The position numbers were made by a program, and so were the translations under genes. From positions 4,390-68,389 of IMG/VR virus record IMGVR_UViG_3300035703_000077: a stretch of 64,000 nucleotides of DNA. One strand, given 5' to 3'. The stretch comes from a virus. Of this stretch, positions 10,456 to 21,064 are shown piece after piece; within the stretch, counting starts at the first letter, position 1; each line of letters starts with the position of its first letter. The notes beneath the pieces are model-generated. The model did no database searches. It worked only from the letters and a program-made list of their open reading frames with translations, and was not told the DNA's origin.

Positions 10456-10764
10456 TTATAATGACTTTACTACTCTCACAAATGTATTAAAATCTTCAAT
10501 ATCTTTACCAATTTGTCTTTCATAACCGAACTCATTATCACCTAAATAGAATGAACCTTGATTGTTTATCATAGCATTGCCTATAGGTATATACCATTGA
10601 GCCGTCACTGCAACTTTCATTATACCTATTTTAGTATTTTTAACTAGTATAGCTTCTATGTAATTTCTAGTTTTTTCCATTTTAAAACCCAATGACTTTA
10701 ACGTCTTAACTTGATTTTCCATTTCAGTATCTTCTATTTCATTAATTATTCTTTTTAATTTCAT
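10456..10764 (-). CDS. Small leader-bearing hypothetical protein
   Basis: MKLKRIINE N-terminus; AAGGA upstream. Confidence 0.65.
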   Translation of the reverse strand: MKLKRIINEIEDTEMENQVKTLKSLGFKMEKTRNYIEAILVKNTKIGIMKVAVTAQWYIPIGNAMINNQGSFYLGDNEFGYERQIGKDIEDFNTFVRVVKSL

Positions 10765-10775
10765 ATTATTCCTTA

Positions 10776-13700
10776 TTAATACATAGTATTTAATATTTGA
10801 TTTATTGGTGCAAATTTACCTGTTAGTTTCATTGGAACCCCTTTATATACAAATACGATACCTTCAACAGGTATAATTGTATCGGTTCCACCTATTGATT
10901 CTAACCTTTTTAATTCTATTTCTAACTTATTAAGTTTATTTGGGTCTCCTGATTTCTTGATATCATTTATTGCAGTATCTAATTTAGCTTTTACATTTTT
11001 AATTGCTGCATCTGGGTTTACAACTAATGCAGATGACAGGAATGATAATATATCAGCACCAATACCTAAAAATATATCTTCAAATTTCATAAAGTTTTCT
11101 TTTTTAAACTTTGTAAAATCTTTTTTATCAATACCAACTGCCCAAGCTAAAAGTTTTTCATCACTTATATTCTTTTTATCTAATCTAAATGACTTATCCT
11201 CAAGTGCCCATCGGTTTGTCAATCCATTTAATACATCAGCCGACACCGTAGTCGGTGCATTCTTTTTAATGTATGAACTCCACCACGCCTTGTGATAATC
11301 TACAACAGAATTAGAGTCATTTAACCCAAATTCAGTTTGTAGTTTAGATAGCATACTTAAATACTTTGGCTTAAGATTATTTAAAGTTTGATTTTGTGGT
11401 AATTTTAATGCTGGTTGAGATTGAATGCTAAATTTATCTTGTACAGTTTGATTTACAGACTTTAACATCTTTTCTAATACCCTACCACTTTCTGGATCTT
11501 CGCCAATTGGGTTTCCATCTTCATCATATTCCAGTGTTCCGTGAAATACCAATAACGGCTGACCATAAACAATAACATTAGATGCCTCTGGGTATATAAT
11601 TTCCAAACTCATAAATTTAGAGCCCTCACCGAAAATTTGTTCTTTTTGGGTTTCGGACAATGCTGAAATTGCTTTTGTTAAGTCTTGCATCGCAAAGTTA
11701 AATGCATCTGCAATTCCACCTCTACCTTCAAATTTTGTAGCAACTTGTGTTATATCCATCGCAGTCTCACCTTTATTTTTTAATTGAGACTTTGACCTAG
11801 CTGCTACCAATTTACCATTTTTCCAAGAAACGGTAATATTCATACCATCAGTTTTTTCTCTTGTAAATTCTAGGTTTCCTTCTAATGCTTTATTTACTAT
11901 ATTTTTTAAGTCTTTAAACGATAAATTCAAATCAGTCTCAAATGGGTGTGATAAATGACCATACGCACCACCTTCTAACAAAATGTTTTCTTTTATAGGT
12001 TTATAATGGCTATCACCATCTATTTGACTATTAAATTTTTTACGCAATCTTTTTATTTCTTTATCGTGCTTATCCATCCATTTTTGATCTGGATATCCCA
12101 TTAATAATTCACTAATTTCATTTTTAGTCGCTTTTCTAACCATAGTTTCACGACTTCTAAAATCTTTGTTTTTTCCTTTATTTGGAACAAATCCAAATCC
12201 ACGATAAAACTTTTCTAATCTAGATTTACTACTTGCACCAAAATCAGTTGATGGTGTCAAGAATATATCTTTACCAACCGAGTCTGCGTAATTAATTAGC
12301 ACATTCATAGCTTTAGTACCAATACCAGTACCACGCTTTTCTTTAGGTATTTCCATTCTAGACAAAACTATGTAATCATTTCTTTCATAAATATCCGCAA
12401 TGATGTCAAATTGTTTTTCTATTTTATCTTCAATGTTTTCATTTAAATTGGATATAATATTATTTAAATTTGAGTCCTTATCAACTAAATTTTTAAATTC
12501 TTGTGATTTTAAAAACATATCATAATATTTTTTTTGATTACCATATGCCTCTTTTTCCCAAGGTAAATTCTTATATTGATTAAAATCCTTTTTCATCATA
12601 TTTATCAAATCTTTAGCAGAAATGAAAACTTTACCATCCCATATTACTGATTTTACATCATCAGTTGATTTTAATTCATTTTTAACTACTTGTTTAACGT
12701 GTGTAAGTTCGTGTATAATTTGTTGTAAAATATTAGAATACGATTTATTTGGATTATATTGAATTATAAATGTTTTAGGAGGTTTAGGTCCAATAAGTAT
12801 CCAAGCAGATGCTCCACTTTTAGAACTAGGACGACTGCGTTTTATAATTATTTTAGCAGAAAATCCAAGTGATTTTTGCATAAATTTTATTAATGAATCA
12901 AACAATATTTTTTCAGCAGGTTCAACTTTATTTGGTTTATCACCAAACAAGTTAGTTAAATCTGTATCTTCAAACTGATACTTTGGATTTGAGGTTTTAA
13001 AATCATTTTTACGCATTACCGTTTTTGCAATGGCACTATTTGCACTTAACATAAACGGAATGTTTATATTTGTTCTATTATCTTTTGCAACGATTTGATT
13101 GTATTGTTTTAGAAATTCAATAAATTTCTTTTTATTTTTACTTAATCGTTTGAAAAATCCAATCAATTCAGCAGATGTAATTGGTTTATCATTACGTGGA
13201 TCATTTAATCTATCAAAAAAGTGTTTGTCTGTAATAACAACATTTATAGGTGATAATTGCTTATCCGCATACTGATCTATCTTTGCCAAATCATCTTTTG
13301 GTATTTCACTTAAAATAGATTCTGTTTTTCTCCATTTACCACCTAATTCTTTGTATTTTTTGGCAGCCCAAGCATTTGCGTATGCACTAGGGTATACATC
13401 AAACTTTTGTTTAGCTTGTGATTTTGCGTAGCTCCATTTTGCAGCATCGGTTGGTTCATTTTTTTCTAAAAATAAACTCATCACCTCATTTAAACGTTCT
13501 TCTAACCCAGTTTTAACAAATACAGGTTTTTGACCTTTTGTTTGCTCCCCACCTTTTTTAGCGTCACCTGCTTTTTTCTGTGCAGCTCTTTTTCGTCTTA
13601 CGAAAGACGCAATACCATCTTTACCTAACTTTCGTGCCTTTTCATTGGATAAACATACAGAATATGGTTCACCTTCTTTTGCATCACCACATTTACCTAA

Positions 13701-15212
13701 TTTCTCACCCGTAGTGGAATATCTATCCCACCCACCGGTTGGACCAGATCCAAGCCATTTTCTTAAATCTTCTGTCATTTTTTTTGTTTTCGGTTTTTTC
13801 ATTTTTTTTGTTTCTTTAGTTTCCACCGGTTCAACTGGAACCCATTCGTCAACCCCAACCGGTTTTAGTGCTGGTTTTAGGGTACTAGATTTATAATTGG
13901 TGACGGTAAAAGTAGCCTTACGGGTTAATAACTCTGGTGTTCTATCTTTTTTTAACCTACCTCGCATAAAACTAGCTCTTGGTTTATCCATTTGTGTATA
14001 TCCAAGTTGTTTAAACCAAGGTTCAGGCTTACCTCTATCTAATAATCTTAAATTACCATCCGTTGTATATGAGGTTTCAGGTGATCCTGCTGCAATATCA
14101 CCACCATAAAAACTTTCATTTTTTGGATTTAGGTATTGTGCACTTTTAACATCAGTGGCATCCAATACATCTTTTTTTATTAATTTTTTTTGTAATTTAT
14201 CATTTTCAATTGCGTATTTATCTTTTAAAATAGAATACCCAACTAATGTTGACTTATTAAGAACACTATTCACCCAATCATCATATGATGTGCCGTCTTT
14301 CATTTTTTCTCTGTCTTCAGCATCTCGTCTCCAAGGCACACCTATTTCAAAATTAGTTATATAACCAGGATCTCTTAGTTCATTATAGTCTTCCATTGTG
14401 TCGTTAACCAAATGACTTATTACGTGCCAACCGAGTTTAGCAGCACGCTCTGCATTAACTCCCTTATATACATCTATATCCTTTAAAAATAAACCAGGTC
14501 CATCATCAATTGGTTTTCCAAATGCTGGCCAAGTTGCAATAGATATTTCTATTAATTTTTTATTTGATTTATTTTTAAGCCAGTTTTCTATTATTTCCTT
14601 TGATACAAATAAGTTTTCACTTTCGTTTAATTTACCAACAATTAAATCATATATTTTTTTATCAAACTTTGGATATAACTTTTTGAAAACCTTTAGCTTT
14701 TCATCATCAGTTCCGGTTTTTAAAATATTTCTAACTTCAGTTCCACTAAGTCCACCACCACCTGGATCATCAATGTAAACATAGCCCCCATCTAAAAATC
14801 CTACCTCGGCTTTACCTTCCCAAGGTTTAAAATACTTACCACCAGTGAATCGGTTAGCATCTTTGCTAGATACAAATATAATAAGTGCAGTTGTCTCTGG
14901 ATCGTATTTTTGTAAAATTTCTTTTGGGGAATATGGATTTTTTACATTTTGTATAAAGTTTGGATTGACACCAAACATTCTTTGAATTATAAGTTTTTTC
15001 TCTTTAAAATTAAAAGGTGATTTTGGTAATTCAACTTTGTCGGACGTTGCAATATAAACATCCGCACCTTTAAATTTAGATTTAAGTTTAGAATATGAGT
15101 CAAAGTGTCCACTATGGAATGGTTGAAATCTACCACCATAAATAACAACTATATTTTTTATAGTGTTTTCTTCTAAAATTTCATTTACAATTTCGTTTAT
15201 AAAGTCTATCAT
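10776..15212 (-). CDS. Multidomain polyvalent protein: HxGH nucleotidyltransferase, putative RNase-like module, zincin, GNAT, ligase-like KxDG domain
   Basis: GGRFQPFHSGH; HFFDRLNDPRN; HELTH...PWEKEA; RGTGIGT...FYRGFGF; GGAYGHLSHPF...EKTDG; likely start MIDFINE at 15212. Confidence 0.75.
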   Translation of the reverse strand: MIDFINEIVNEILEENTIKNIVVIYGGRFQPFHSGHFDSYSKLKSKFKGADVYIATSDKVELPKSPFNFKEKKLIIQRMFGVNPNFIQNVKNPYSPKEILQKYDPETTALIIFVSSKDANRFTGGKYFKPWEGKAEVGFLDGGYVYIDDPGGGGLSGTEVRNILKTGTDDEKLKVFKKLYPKFDKKIYDLIVGKLNESENLFVSKEIIENWLKNKSNKKLIEISIATWPAFGKPIDDGPGLFLKDIDVYKGVNAERAAKLGWHVISHLVNDTMEDYNELRDPGYITNFEIGVPWRRDAEDREKMKDGTSYDDWVNSVLNKSTLVGYSILKDKYAIENDKLQKKLIKKDVLDATDVKSAQYLNPKNESFYGGDIAAGSPETSYTTDGNLRLLDRGKPEPWFKQLGYTQMDKPRASFMRGRLKKDRTPELLTRKATFTVTNYKSSTLKPALKPVGVDEWVPVEPVETKETKKMKKPKTKKMTEDLRKWLGSGPTGGWDRYSTTGEKLGKCGDAKEGEPYSVCLSNEKARKLGKDGIASFVRRKRAAQKKAGDAKKGGEQTKGQKPVFVKTGLEERLNEVMSLFLEKNEPTDAAKWSYAKSQAKQKFDVYPSAYANAWAAKKYKELGGKWRKTESILSEIPKDDLAKIDQYADKQLSPINVVITDKHFFDRLNDPRNDKPITSAELIGFFKRLSKNKKKFIEFLKQYNQIVAKDNRTNINIPFMLSANSAIAKTVMRKNDFKTSNPKYQFEDTDLTNLFGDKPNKVEPAEKILFDSLIKFMQKSLGFSAKIIIKRSRPSSKSGASAWILIGPKPPKTFIIQYNPNKSYSNILQQIIHELTHVKQVVKNELKSTDDVKSVIWDGKVFISAKDLINMMKKDFNQYKNLPWEKEAYGNQKKYYDMFLKSQEFKNLVDKDSNLNNIISNLNENIEDKIEKQFDIIADIYERNDYIVLSRMEIPKEKRGTGIGTKAMNVLINYADSVGKDIFLTPSTDFGASSKSRLEKFYRGFGFVPNKGKNKDFRSRETMVRKATKNEISELLMGYPDQKWMDKHDKEIKRLRKKFNSQIDGDSHYKPIKENILLEGGAYGHLSHPFETDLNLSFKDLKNIVNKALEGNLEFTREKTDGMNITVSWKNGKLVAARSKSQLKNKGETAMDITQVATKFEGRGGIADAFNFAMQDLTKAISALSETQKEQIFGEGSKFMSLEIIYPEASNVIVYGQPLLVFHGTLEYDEDGNPIGEDPESGRVLEKMLKSVNQTVQDKFSIQSQPALKLPQNQTLNNLKPKYLSMLSKLQTEFGLNDSNSVVDYHKAWWSSYIKKNAPTTVSADVLNGLTNRWALEDKSFRLDKKNISDEKLLAWAVGIDKKDFTKFKKENFMKFEDIFLGIGADILSFLSSALVVNPDAAIKNVKAKLDTAINDIKKSGDPNKLNKLEIELKRLESIGGTDTIIPVEGIVFVYKGVPMKLTGKFAPINQILNTMY

Positions 15213-15233
15213 ATTGTATAAATATATAAAGAT

Positions 15234-15262
15234 AAAAAAATAACCACACAAGGTGGTTATTT
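15234..15262 (-). terminator. Intrinsic terminator
   Basis: AAATAACCAC-loop-GTGGTTATTT followed by a T-run on the minus strand. Confidence 0.75.
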
Positions 15263-15721
15263 ATTATGTCTTCCCAATGAAATATCCATTTCAGATTTTG
15301 TAAATCCAATGTCTAGTTCACTTTTATACCAAAAATACAAATCTTCAACACTACCATCATTCATCACATCAACGGCACGATCCCATAAATCTGCACCAAA
15401 TTCTTTATGCAATGCTTTGCGTAATAAATTCAAACGTCGTATTTCATCTTTATTACCCTCTTCACTCAATTTGAGTGCTTTAACTTGCTTCATTCTAGTT
15501 TTATGCCTTGCCTCATCCTGTCTATCTAAATAGTTAGATATTCTTGGATTGTTCATTTCCTCATCATATATTTTTTTTGCTAAGTCACGCTGTTCATCAG
15601 CTTCTATAAGATACGGGGATAATTCAAAATCGCCATTTCTAATACGTAGTAAAAGTGGTGATGATGCTGGTAGATTATTTTTTCTAACATTTGTATACCA
15701 GAGGAACCGATTGTATGCCAT
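15257..15721 (-). CDS. Hypothetical protein
   Basis: 154-aa co-oriented ORF, no recognised motif. Confidence 0.65.
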   Translation of the reverse strand: MAYNRFLWYTNVRKNNLPASSPLLLRIRNGDFELSPYLIEADEQRDLAKKIYDEEMNNPRISNYLDRQDEARHKTRMKQVKALKLSEEGNKDEIRRLNLLRKALHKEFGADLWDRAVDVMNDGSVEDLYFWYKSELDIGFTKSEMDISLGRHNK

Positions 15722-15733
15722 ATTTTCATTTTT

Positions 15734-16492
15734 TTAGTTATTATATTGGTTCATTAAAGTGGTAATTTCATCTTCTGTTAAATATGGATATGGATTATGA
15801 TACCCCAACGATCCCAGATTGTATTTAGATTCAACTGAAAACAACCTAGCATATTCAATGGATGCATATTTGCCAATATTATATTTTATCATTCGTAATG
15901 AAAAAAATAGGTCTTCTGCAAAAAAAGATGCGGTTGACGCATTACCCAAATCTATTAGTTCATTTAAGTCCGTGTTCCAATTATGAAATCTACAAATATA
16001 TTCCATTGTTCTTGGATTTCGCAATGATAGACCACCATTTAATATGGCATATTCATTTACGTAAGAATTACAAGGTGCCCCAATATAATCCCAATCGTAA
16101 AATGACTCTATGCCATTACGTAATATACCACTATCCATTTGAAAAGTCAATACTCTATAAAATTTATTAAAAGTTTTCCAAAAATCAGTTGATGTCATTA
16201 ATAAGCAATAATTTAGTATCTCTTTCATTTTACTATTATTCATCAATTCATCAAAACCATTCAATTTGAAAAATAAAGATGGTATTGGTATTGCCTGATT
16301 GTAAATACCAATTGTTACATTATTAGTATATCCAAACTTTTTTAATTGAGATTTATATGGTCTAACCAAATCATTTTGGGTATATACATACAATTTTGTA
16401 TCTTTTGGTAGATATTTTAAATGATCGTGGCATACCTTACCAAAATTGTCAAATTCTCTATTTTCAACTATAACAGCTGCTAATTGTTGCAT
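15734..16492 (-). CDS. DUF5672-like glycosyltransferase (GT-A-like)
   Basis: LTFQMDS, WDYIGAP, NGGLSLR, AEDLFF, FSVE, G.H motifs; start uncertain (16492 or 16528). Confidence 0.7.
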   Translation of the reverse strand: MQQLAAVIVENREFDNFGKVCHDHLKYLPKDTKLYVYTQNDLVRPYKSQLKKFGYTNNVTIGIYNQAIPIPSLFFKLNGFDELMNNSKMKEILNYCLLMTSTDFWKTFNKFYRVLTFQMDSGILRNGIESFYDWDYIGAPCNSYVNEYAILNGGLSLRNPRTMEYICRFHNWNTDLNELIDLGNASTASFFAEDLFFSLRMIKYNIGKYASIEYARLFSVESKYNLGSLGYHNPYPYLTEDEITTLMNQYNN

Positions 16493-17184
16493 ATTAAACT
16501 TTCCCAATTTACCATAGGTGATAGCCATTTAGTCTCCCCGTGGGTTGATGTTGCAGGTATTGATGAAACTAATGTTCTACCTCTTTGTGAAAGTTCTAAA
16601 AACATATTAAAATCATTTGGGTGGTTTCCGGTTGTCCATTTACGTAGTATTACCTCATCTCTTTTTAATGTAGATGCCATTGCCGCAAACGTCATTGTAG
16701 TTGAATTTGTGATTTTATAATGAGATAATTTACCACAATAAACTCTACTCACTTCAGACTTTCCTTCACAAAACGGGTTTCCACCTTGACTTGGATTTAA
16801 GTATTTATCAGGATGATCGTATCCAGTAACATAATCAAATCCCATTGAAATGCCGTCCGCTATAACAGATTCAGCATTTGGTGTATGCACGTAATCATTT
16901 TCTAATAAATAAACAATTTCATCATTTGACTCTCTAATTGCGTAATCAAGCGCTATATTAAATGATTTTGCAGATGAGTTTGCATTTACATTTATGTAAG
17001 TAGCACGATTATCTGTTACGTTGTATATCATATCTATTGTTTGACTAGAGGCGTCATCCATCAATATAATAAATTGAGAATTTATAAATGTAGTCCAAGC
17101 ATTTCTTAAACAATTTTCATTGTTAATCCAAGATGGCTTATCTTTTTTATAACCAGTGTCTGATATTCTATAAATTACTTTCAT
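16480..17184 (-). CDS. GT-A fold glycosyltransferase
   Basis: IVYLLENDYVH DxD-like motif; SFNIALDYA; position within the GT cluster; likely start 17184. Confidence 0.65.
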   Translation of the reverse strand: MKVIYRISDTGYKKDKPSWINNENCLRNAWTTFINSQFIILMDDASSQTIDMIYNVTDNRATYINVNANSSAKSFNIALDYAIRESNDEIVYLLENDYVHTPNAESVIADGISMGFDYVTGYDHPDKYLNPSQGGNPFCEGKSEVSRVYCGKLSHYKITNSTTMTFAAMASTLKRDEVILRKWTTGNHPNDFNMFLELSQRGRTLVSSIPATSTHGETKWLSPMVNWESLICNN

Positions 17185-17872
17185 TTCGCCTTTCAAAATA
17201 TTTAATAAACAATGGCAATTTATCAGCGGCATAATCTACATTTGGAACTACACTATATATAATAGGTTTTATATTATATTTAGTAAATAATTGAGACCAT
17301 AACCGCTCGGTTCCCCGTTGTTCGTTTTTGTTATTTACACTTACATATTTAATTTCTTCTATTTTAAACAAATCTTCTTTTGTTATTCCAAATATAGGTC
17401 CAAAAATGCCAAATACATAAGGTTCTAGTTTATTTATAGTAATTATACTATTACACCAATTAAATTGCTCATCATTGTCGAAGTATGAAACTCCAATACC
17501 ATAAAACCCACACCACACAAATGGCTGATTATTTGATACACTCTTAAATACTATATCATATGTCTTATCAGACCTAGCAATTAAATTATCGTGTTGAAAA
17601 AAGTATTTATTAAAATTAAAATCGTTTTCAATTATCGTTTTAATTGAGCTGAAATCAAACATTTTATATTTAGATTCAATATAAGTAAAATTTAATTTTT
17701 CACATAATTTTTTAGTTTGAAATATAAATTCGTAATCAGTTGAACCAGTATCTACAACAATTACATTTTGATTTGGGTTATTATTATTTATCAACTTTAA
17801 ATTATCGTGTAAATATTTTATGCCATTGTTAGTAGATATTACAACAGAAGTATCAGAATTTTTCAATCTCAT
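17168..17872 (-). CDS. GT2-like glycosyltransferase
   Basis: SVVIST...VIVVDTGSTD GT2 N-terminus; FFQHDN. Confidence 0.65.
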   Translation of the reverse strand: MRLKNSDTSVVISTNNGIKYLHDNLKLINNNNPNQNVIVVDTGSTDYEFIFQTKKLCEKLNFTYIESKYKMFDFSSIKTIIENDFNFNKYFFQHDNLIARSDKTYDIVFKSVSNNQPFVWCGFYGIGVSYFDNDEQFNWCNSIITINKLEPYVFGIFGPIFGITKEDLFKIEEIKYVSVNNKNEQRGTERLWSQLFTKYNIKPIIYSVVPNVDYAADKLPLFIKYFERRNESNL

Positions 17873-18749
17873 CTAAAACCCCTTTTACATCAAACATTTC
17901 TTCCATTGATGTGTATGGACATTCGTGATATAACCCACCTAATTGAAAATCAAAATACATTGAGTCAGGTAATTTTGTTCGCTCTGGTGGTGGATTTGCA
18001 ACTATATTATTATGCAAGTCGTATCCAAAAACATTAGGTTTTGTGCCAATCCAAATAACATTTGATGTCAATTTAAATGCAGCTGCTGCGTGCTGTAAGC
18101 ACGAATCAATCAATACACGTTTTGCAGATACTAATAACAATGAAAATAATTCAAAGTTTGATAGCGGTTTAAATATTGGCTCAACCGATGGATGTTGTAT
18201 AGCTTGTTGTTCTGCTTTGCAAACTTGCATAATATGGTATTGATTTCCAAATCTATTTACAATCTCGGACGATAATGTAATCGGCATATCACGAGACCAA
18301 CTATAAATTGGTTGCCCGTCTGCAATAGGTCCACCATTGGTATGCAATAGTAGAATTGGCTTCTCTCGTCTCCAAAGTGAAGAAAAATTCTGTTGCATCA
18401 TATTCATATGAACTTCGGGTAAAGCATTACCATCATACTCTAATCCATAAATTTCGTGCCAGGTTTTTAGTAGCGAATCTTTTTGATTAATGTGCCCGCT
18501 TTCAAAATAAGGCTCTCTACGTAGAAATATAGTATCGGAGTTTTTAATATACTCTTCCCAAAAATAAGGAGCAAAACCTATTTTATAAACCCGATAAACG
18601 TGTGGGTTATTTAAAAATACCTCTGGCCACGCAGTCATTACAACTAGTTTTCTATCTTTATATTTTTTTTTAATTGCAGGCAGAATAGCAGTTGATGCGA
18701 CAATTTTACCTAAACCACCTTCTGCGTGAAATACTACATATTTTTCCAT
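17853..18749 (-). CDS. GT9 (heptosyltransferase)-like GT-B enzyme
   Basis: GGLGK N-terminal motif; EVFLNNPHV; IDSCLQHAAAA. Confidence 0.7.
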   Translation of the reverse strand: MEKYVVFHAEGGLGKIVASTAILPAIKKKYKDRKLVVMTAWPEVFLNNPHVYRVYKIGFAPYFWEEYIKNSDTIFLRREPYFESGHINQKDSLLKTWHEIYGLEYDGNALPEVHMNMMQQNFSSLWRREKPILLLHTNGGPIADGQPIYSWSRDMPITLSSEIVNRFGNQYHIMQVCKAEQQAIQHPSVEPIFKPLSNFELFSLLLVSAKRVLIDSCLQHAAAAFKLTSNVIWIGTKPNVFGYDLHNNIVANPPPERTKLPDSMYFDFQLGGLYHECPYTSMEEMFDVKGVLDEIEKF

Positions 18750-18772
18750 TTTTTATTTTTTATTTATGTTTT

Positions 18773-18801
18773 AATATAATAAAATTATTTGAAATTTTCA
18801 A
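18773..18801 (-). promoter_or_regulatory. Sigma70-type promoter TTGAAA-N17-TATATT
   Basis: -35 at 18796-18801, -10 at 18773-18778, 17-nt spacer; matches three other copies. Confidence 0.55.
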
Positions 18802-19876
18802 ATTCTTTTTTTGATCTGTGTAAAGATGATCCTATTACTTGGTGCATATCATAGTACTTATAATCTGCTAATCTACCACCAAATATGAAATTTGTTTCAT
18901 TATTCATCAAATATTTATACTTATTGTATTTTTGATTATTGGTTTGATTATTTATAGGATAGTAAGGTTCACCATTTAAAGTTGGATATTCTTTTGTTAT
19001 AATTGTATGCGATTGATTACCAAATTCAAAATGTTTGTGTTCAATTATACGTGTATATGGTATTTCATATTCGGTATAGTTTATACCAGCAGTTCCTTGA
19101 AAATCCATAATATCTAATGTTTCAGTTTTAAAGTCCAAACTTCTATAATCTAACTTTCCAAATTTGTAATCATAAAATCTATCAATTGGACCTGTATATA
19201 CTATTTTATTTGCAATACTATCAAAATAATCTCTATTTGAAAAATAATCTTGATTTAATCTAACCTCAATTCCATCTAAAAGTTTTTCAAATATTTGAGT
19301 ATATCCGCCTATTGGTATTCCTTCATATCTATCAAAATAATAACTATCATCAAAATTGAATCTAATTGGTATTCGTTTTATTATAGATGTTGGTAATTCC
19401 TTTGGGTCACATCCCCATTGCTTTTTGGTATATCCCCTTATAAAAATGTTATAAAGATCTTCGCCAATATTAGATAAACACCAATCTTCTAAATTTGTAG
19501 GTTTTTCAATGTGAATTTTATTGTCATCAAATAGTTTAATAGCGTCACTTGGAGTTTTGACATCATAAATTTGATACAATGTTAGTAAATTAATTGGAAA
19601 TGAATAAATATTACCTTTGTAATTTACCTTAGGTCTATACTTGAAATTATTAAATTCAACTAAGCAATTGACGTATTCCCAAATTTCTTTATTGGATGTG
19701 TGAAATATATGAGGACCATATTTATGAACGTTAATACCCTCTACGTTTTCTGTATAACAATTTCCACCTATATGTGACCTTTTATCAATCACTAAAACGG
19801 ATTTTCCGTAGTTTTTCATTTCCCGTGCAAATACGGAACCAAATAAACCACTACCAACAATTAAATAATCATACAT
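18785..19876 (-). CDS. glf: UDP-galactopyranose mutase
   Basis: GSGLFG FAD motif, HIGGNCY, HKYGPHIFHT, YTKKQWG, EPYYP, GRLADYKYYDMHQ. Confidence 0.95.
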   Translation of the reverse strand: MYDYLIVGSGLFGSVFAREMKNYGKSVLVIDKRSHIGGNCYTENVEGINVHKYGPHIFHTSNKEIWEYVNCLVEFNNFKYRPKVNYKGNIYSFPINLLTLYQIYDVKTPSDAIKLFDDNKIHIEKPTNLEDWCLSNIGEDLYNIFIRGYTKKQWGCDPKELPTSIIKRIPIRFNFDDSYYFDRYEGIPIGGYTQIFEKLLDGIEVRLNQDYFSNRDYFDSIANKIVYTGPIDRFYDYKFGKLDYRSLDFKTETLDIMDFQGTAGINYTEYEIPYTRIIEHKHFEFGNQSHTIITKEYPTLNGEPYYPINNQTNNQKYNKYKYLMNNETNFIFGGRLADYKYYDMHQVIGSSLHRSKKEFENFK

Positions 19877-19877
19877 T

Positions 19878-21062
19878 TTAGTTTGTTAATACATTAATAA
19901 AATTTAACCACATTTTACCAACTCTGTCTATATTAAAATTGCTTAAAATATAATCAGTTCCTCTATTTCTAATATTTTGTTTTAATGTTGGGTTTGCTTC
20001 TAAATAATAAATTGCATCTAGTATATTATTTATATTGTTTTTAAATTTACCATCAGGATCTTTAGTTAATTTCTCACGCTGTATATCATCTACATTTACA
20101 TAACTTGGAAAGTTTATCCAAAAACAATAGTCACGGAAATATTCAGGTAGGGCACCCAATTGATATGTTATAGGTATTGCACCCAATGCGATTGCTTCAG
20201 CAACTACACACGAGAATGTATCTTTGTGGACATCTTGATATGGTGTATATAGCGGATATAAAAAGTATTCGCTTTCGGCAATATGAGAAAATAGTGTATG
20301 CTTATCAACCCCATTATGTGAGTTAAAGAAATGATCAGTATGTTGATGTGTGGCTAATAAATAATCAAATGAGTGAAATTCTAAATCAGGATAATTTAAA
20401 TGACGCAACGCTTCAACTGCCACATCACCACCACGTGCCCAAGCTGCGTGGAAAACAAATTTATGTGGTTTTTTCTTTATATTTTTTGCTAAAACTTTAT
20501 TAATCATCTCATCCATAACAGGATTTGGTATTAATGTAGAAAATACTTTACTTTGGTATGAATTTTTGGCACTTTCTATTGTAGATTGGTTCATATTCTG
20601 CTCCCAATTTGAAATATTGACAAACCCAAGGGTTAAATTATTTTCTTTAGAATAATTTATTAATTCCCCAATTCCGTATATCCATTGCATATGACACCAA
20701 TAAATAAGTGACTTTTTGACTTTAATTGGTAATTTATCATAATGGTGAAACCATAATGAACTAACTAAAATATCAAACTCTAAATCATTAATATTCTCAA
20801 AATCTGTAAATGTGTATGTAACTCCATTTACTTTTGTACCTGGTACAAAATCTATACCACTATTTTTATAGTCCTGTTCTAATTGTGGTTCTAATCTATC
20901 AAATGCAAAAACAACATCGTGTCCTTGTTTTGCCAAATATTCAGCAACCAAAATGGAACTACCATCAGTACCTGATCCTCCACCATTACCATATCTAATA
21001 GTGTCACCTGTTAAATAATTACTTCTTCTACTATTTCCTATTACAATAAAAGCTATTCTCAT
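19878..21062 (-). CDS. GT4-like (GT-B) glycosyltransferase
   Basis: GGSGT N-terminal loop, EYLAKQGHDV, DTFSCVVAEAIALGAIPI. Confidence 0.8.
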   Translation of the reverse strand: MRIAFIVIGNSRRSNYLTGDTIRYGNGGGSGTDGSSILVAEYLAKQGHDVVFAFDRLEPQLEQDYKNSGIDFVPGTKVNGVTYTFTDFENINDLEFDILVSSLWFHHYDKLPIKVKKSLIYWCHMQWIYGIGELINYSKENNLTLGFVNISNWEQNMNQSTIESAKNSYQSKVFSTLIPNPVMDEMINKVLAKNIKKKPHKFVFHAAWARGGDVAVEALRHLNYPDLEFHSFDYLLATHQHTDHFFNSHNGVDKHTLFSHIAESEYFLYPLYTPYQDVHKDTFSCVVAEAIALGAIPITYQLGALPEYFRDYCFWINFPSYVNVDDIQREKLTKDPDGKFKNNINNILDAIYYLEANPTLKQNIRNRGTDYILSNFNIDRVGKMWLNFINVLTN

Positions 21063-21064
21063 AT

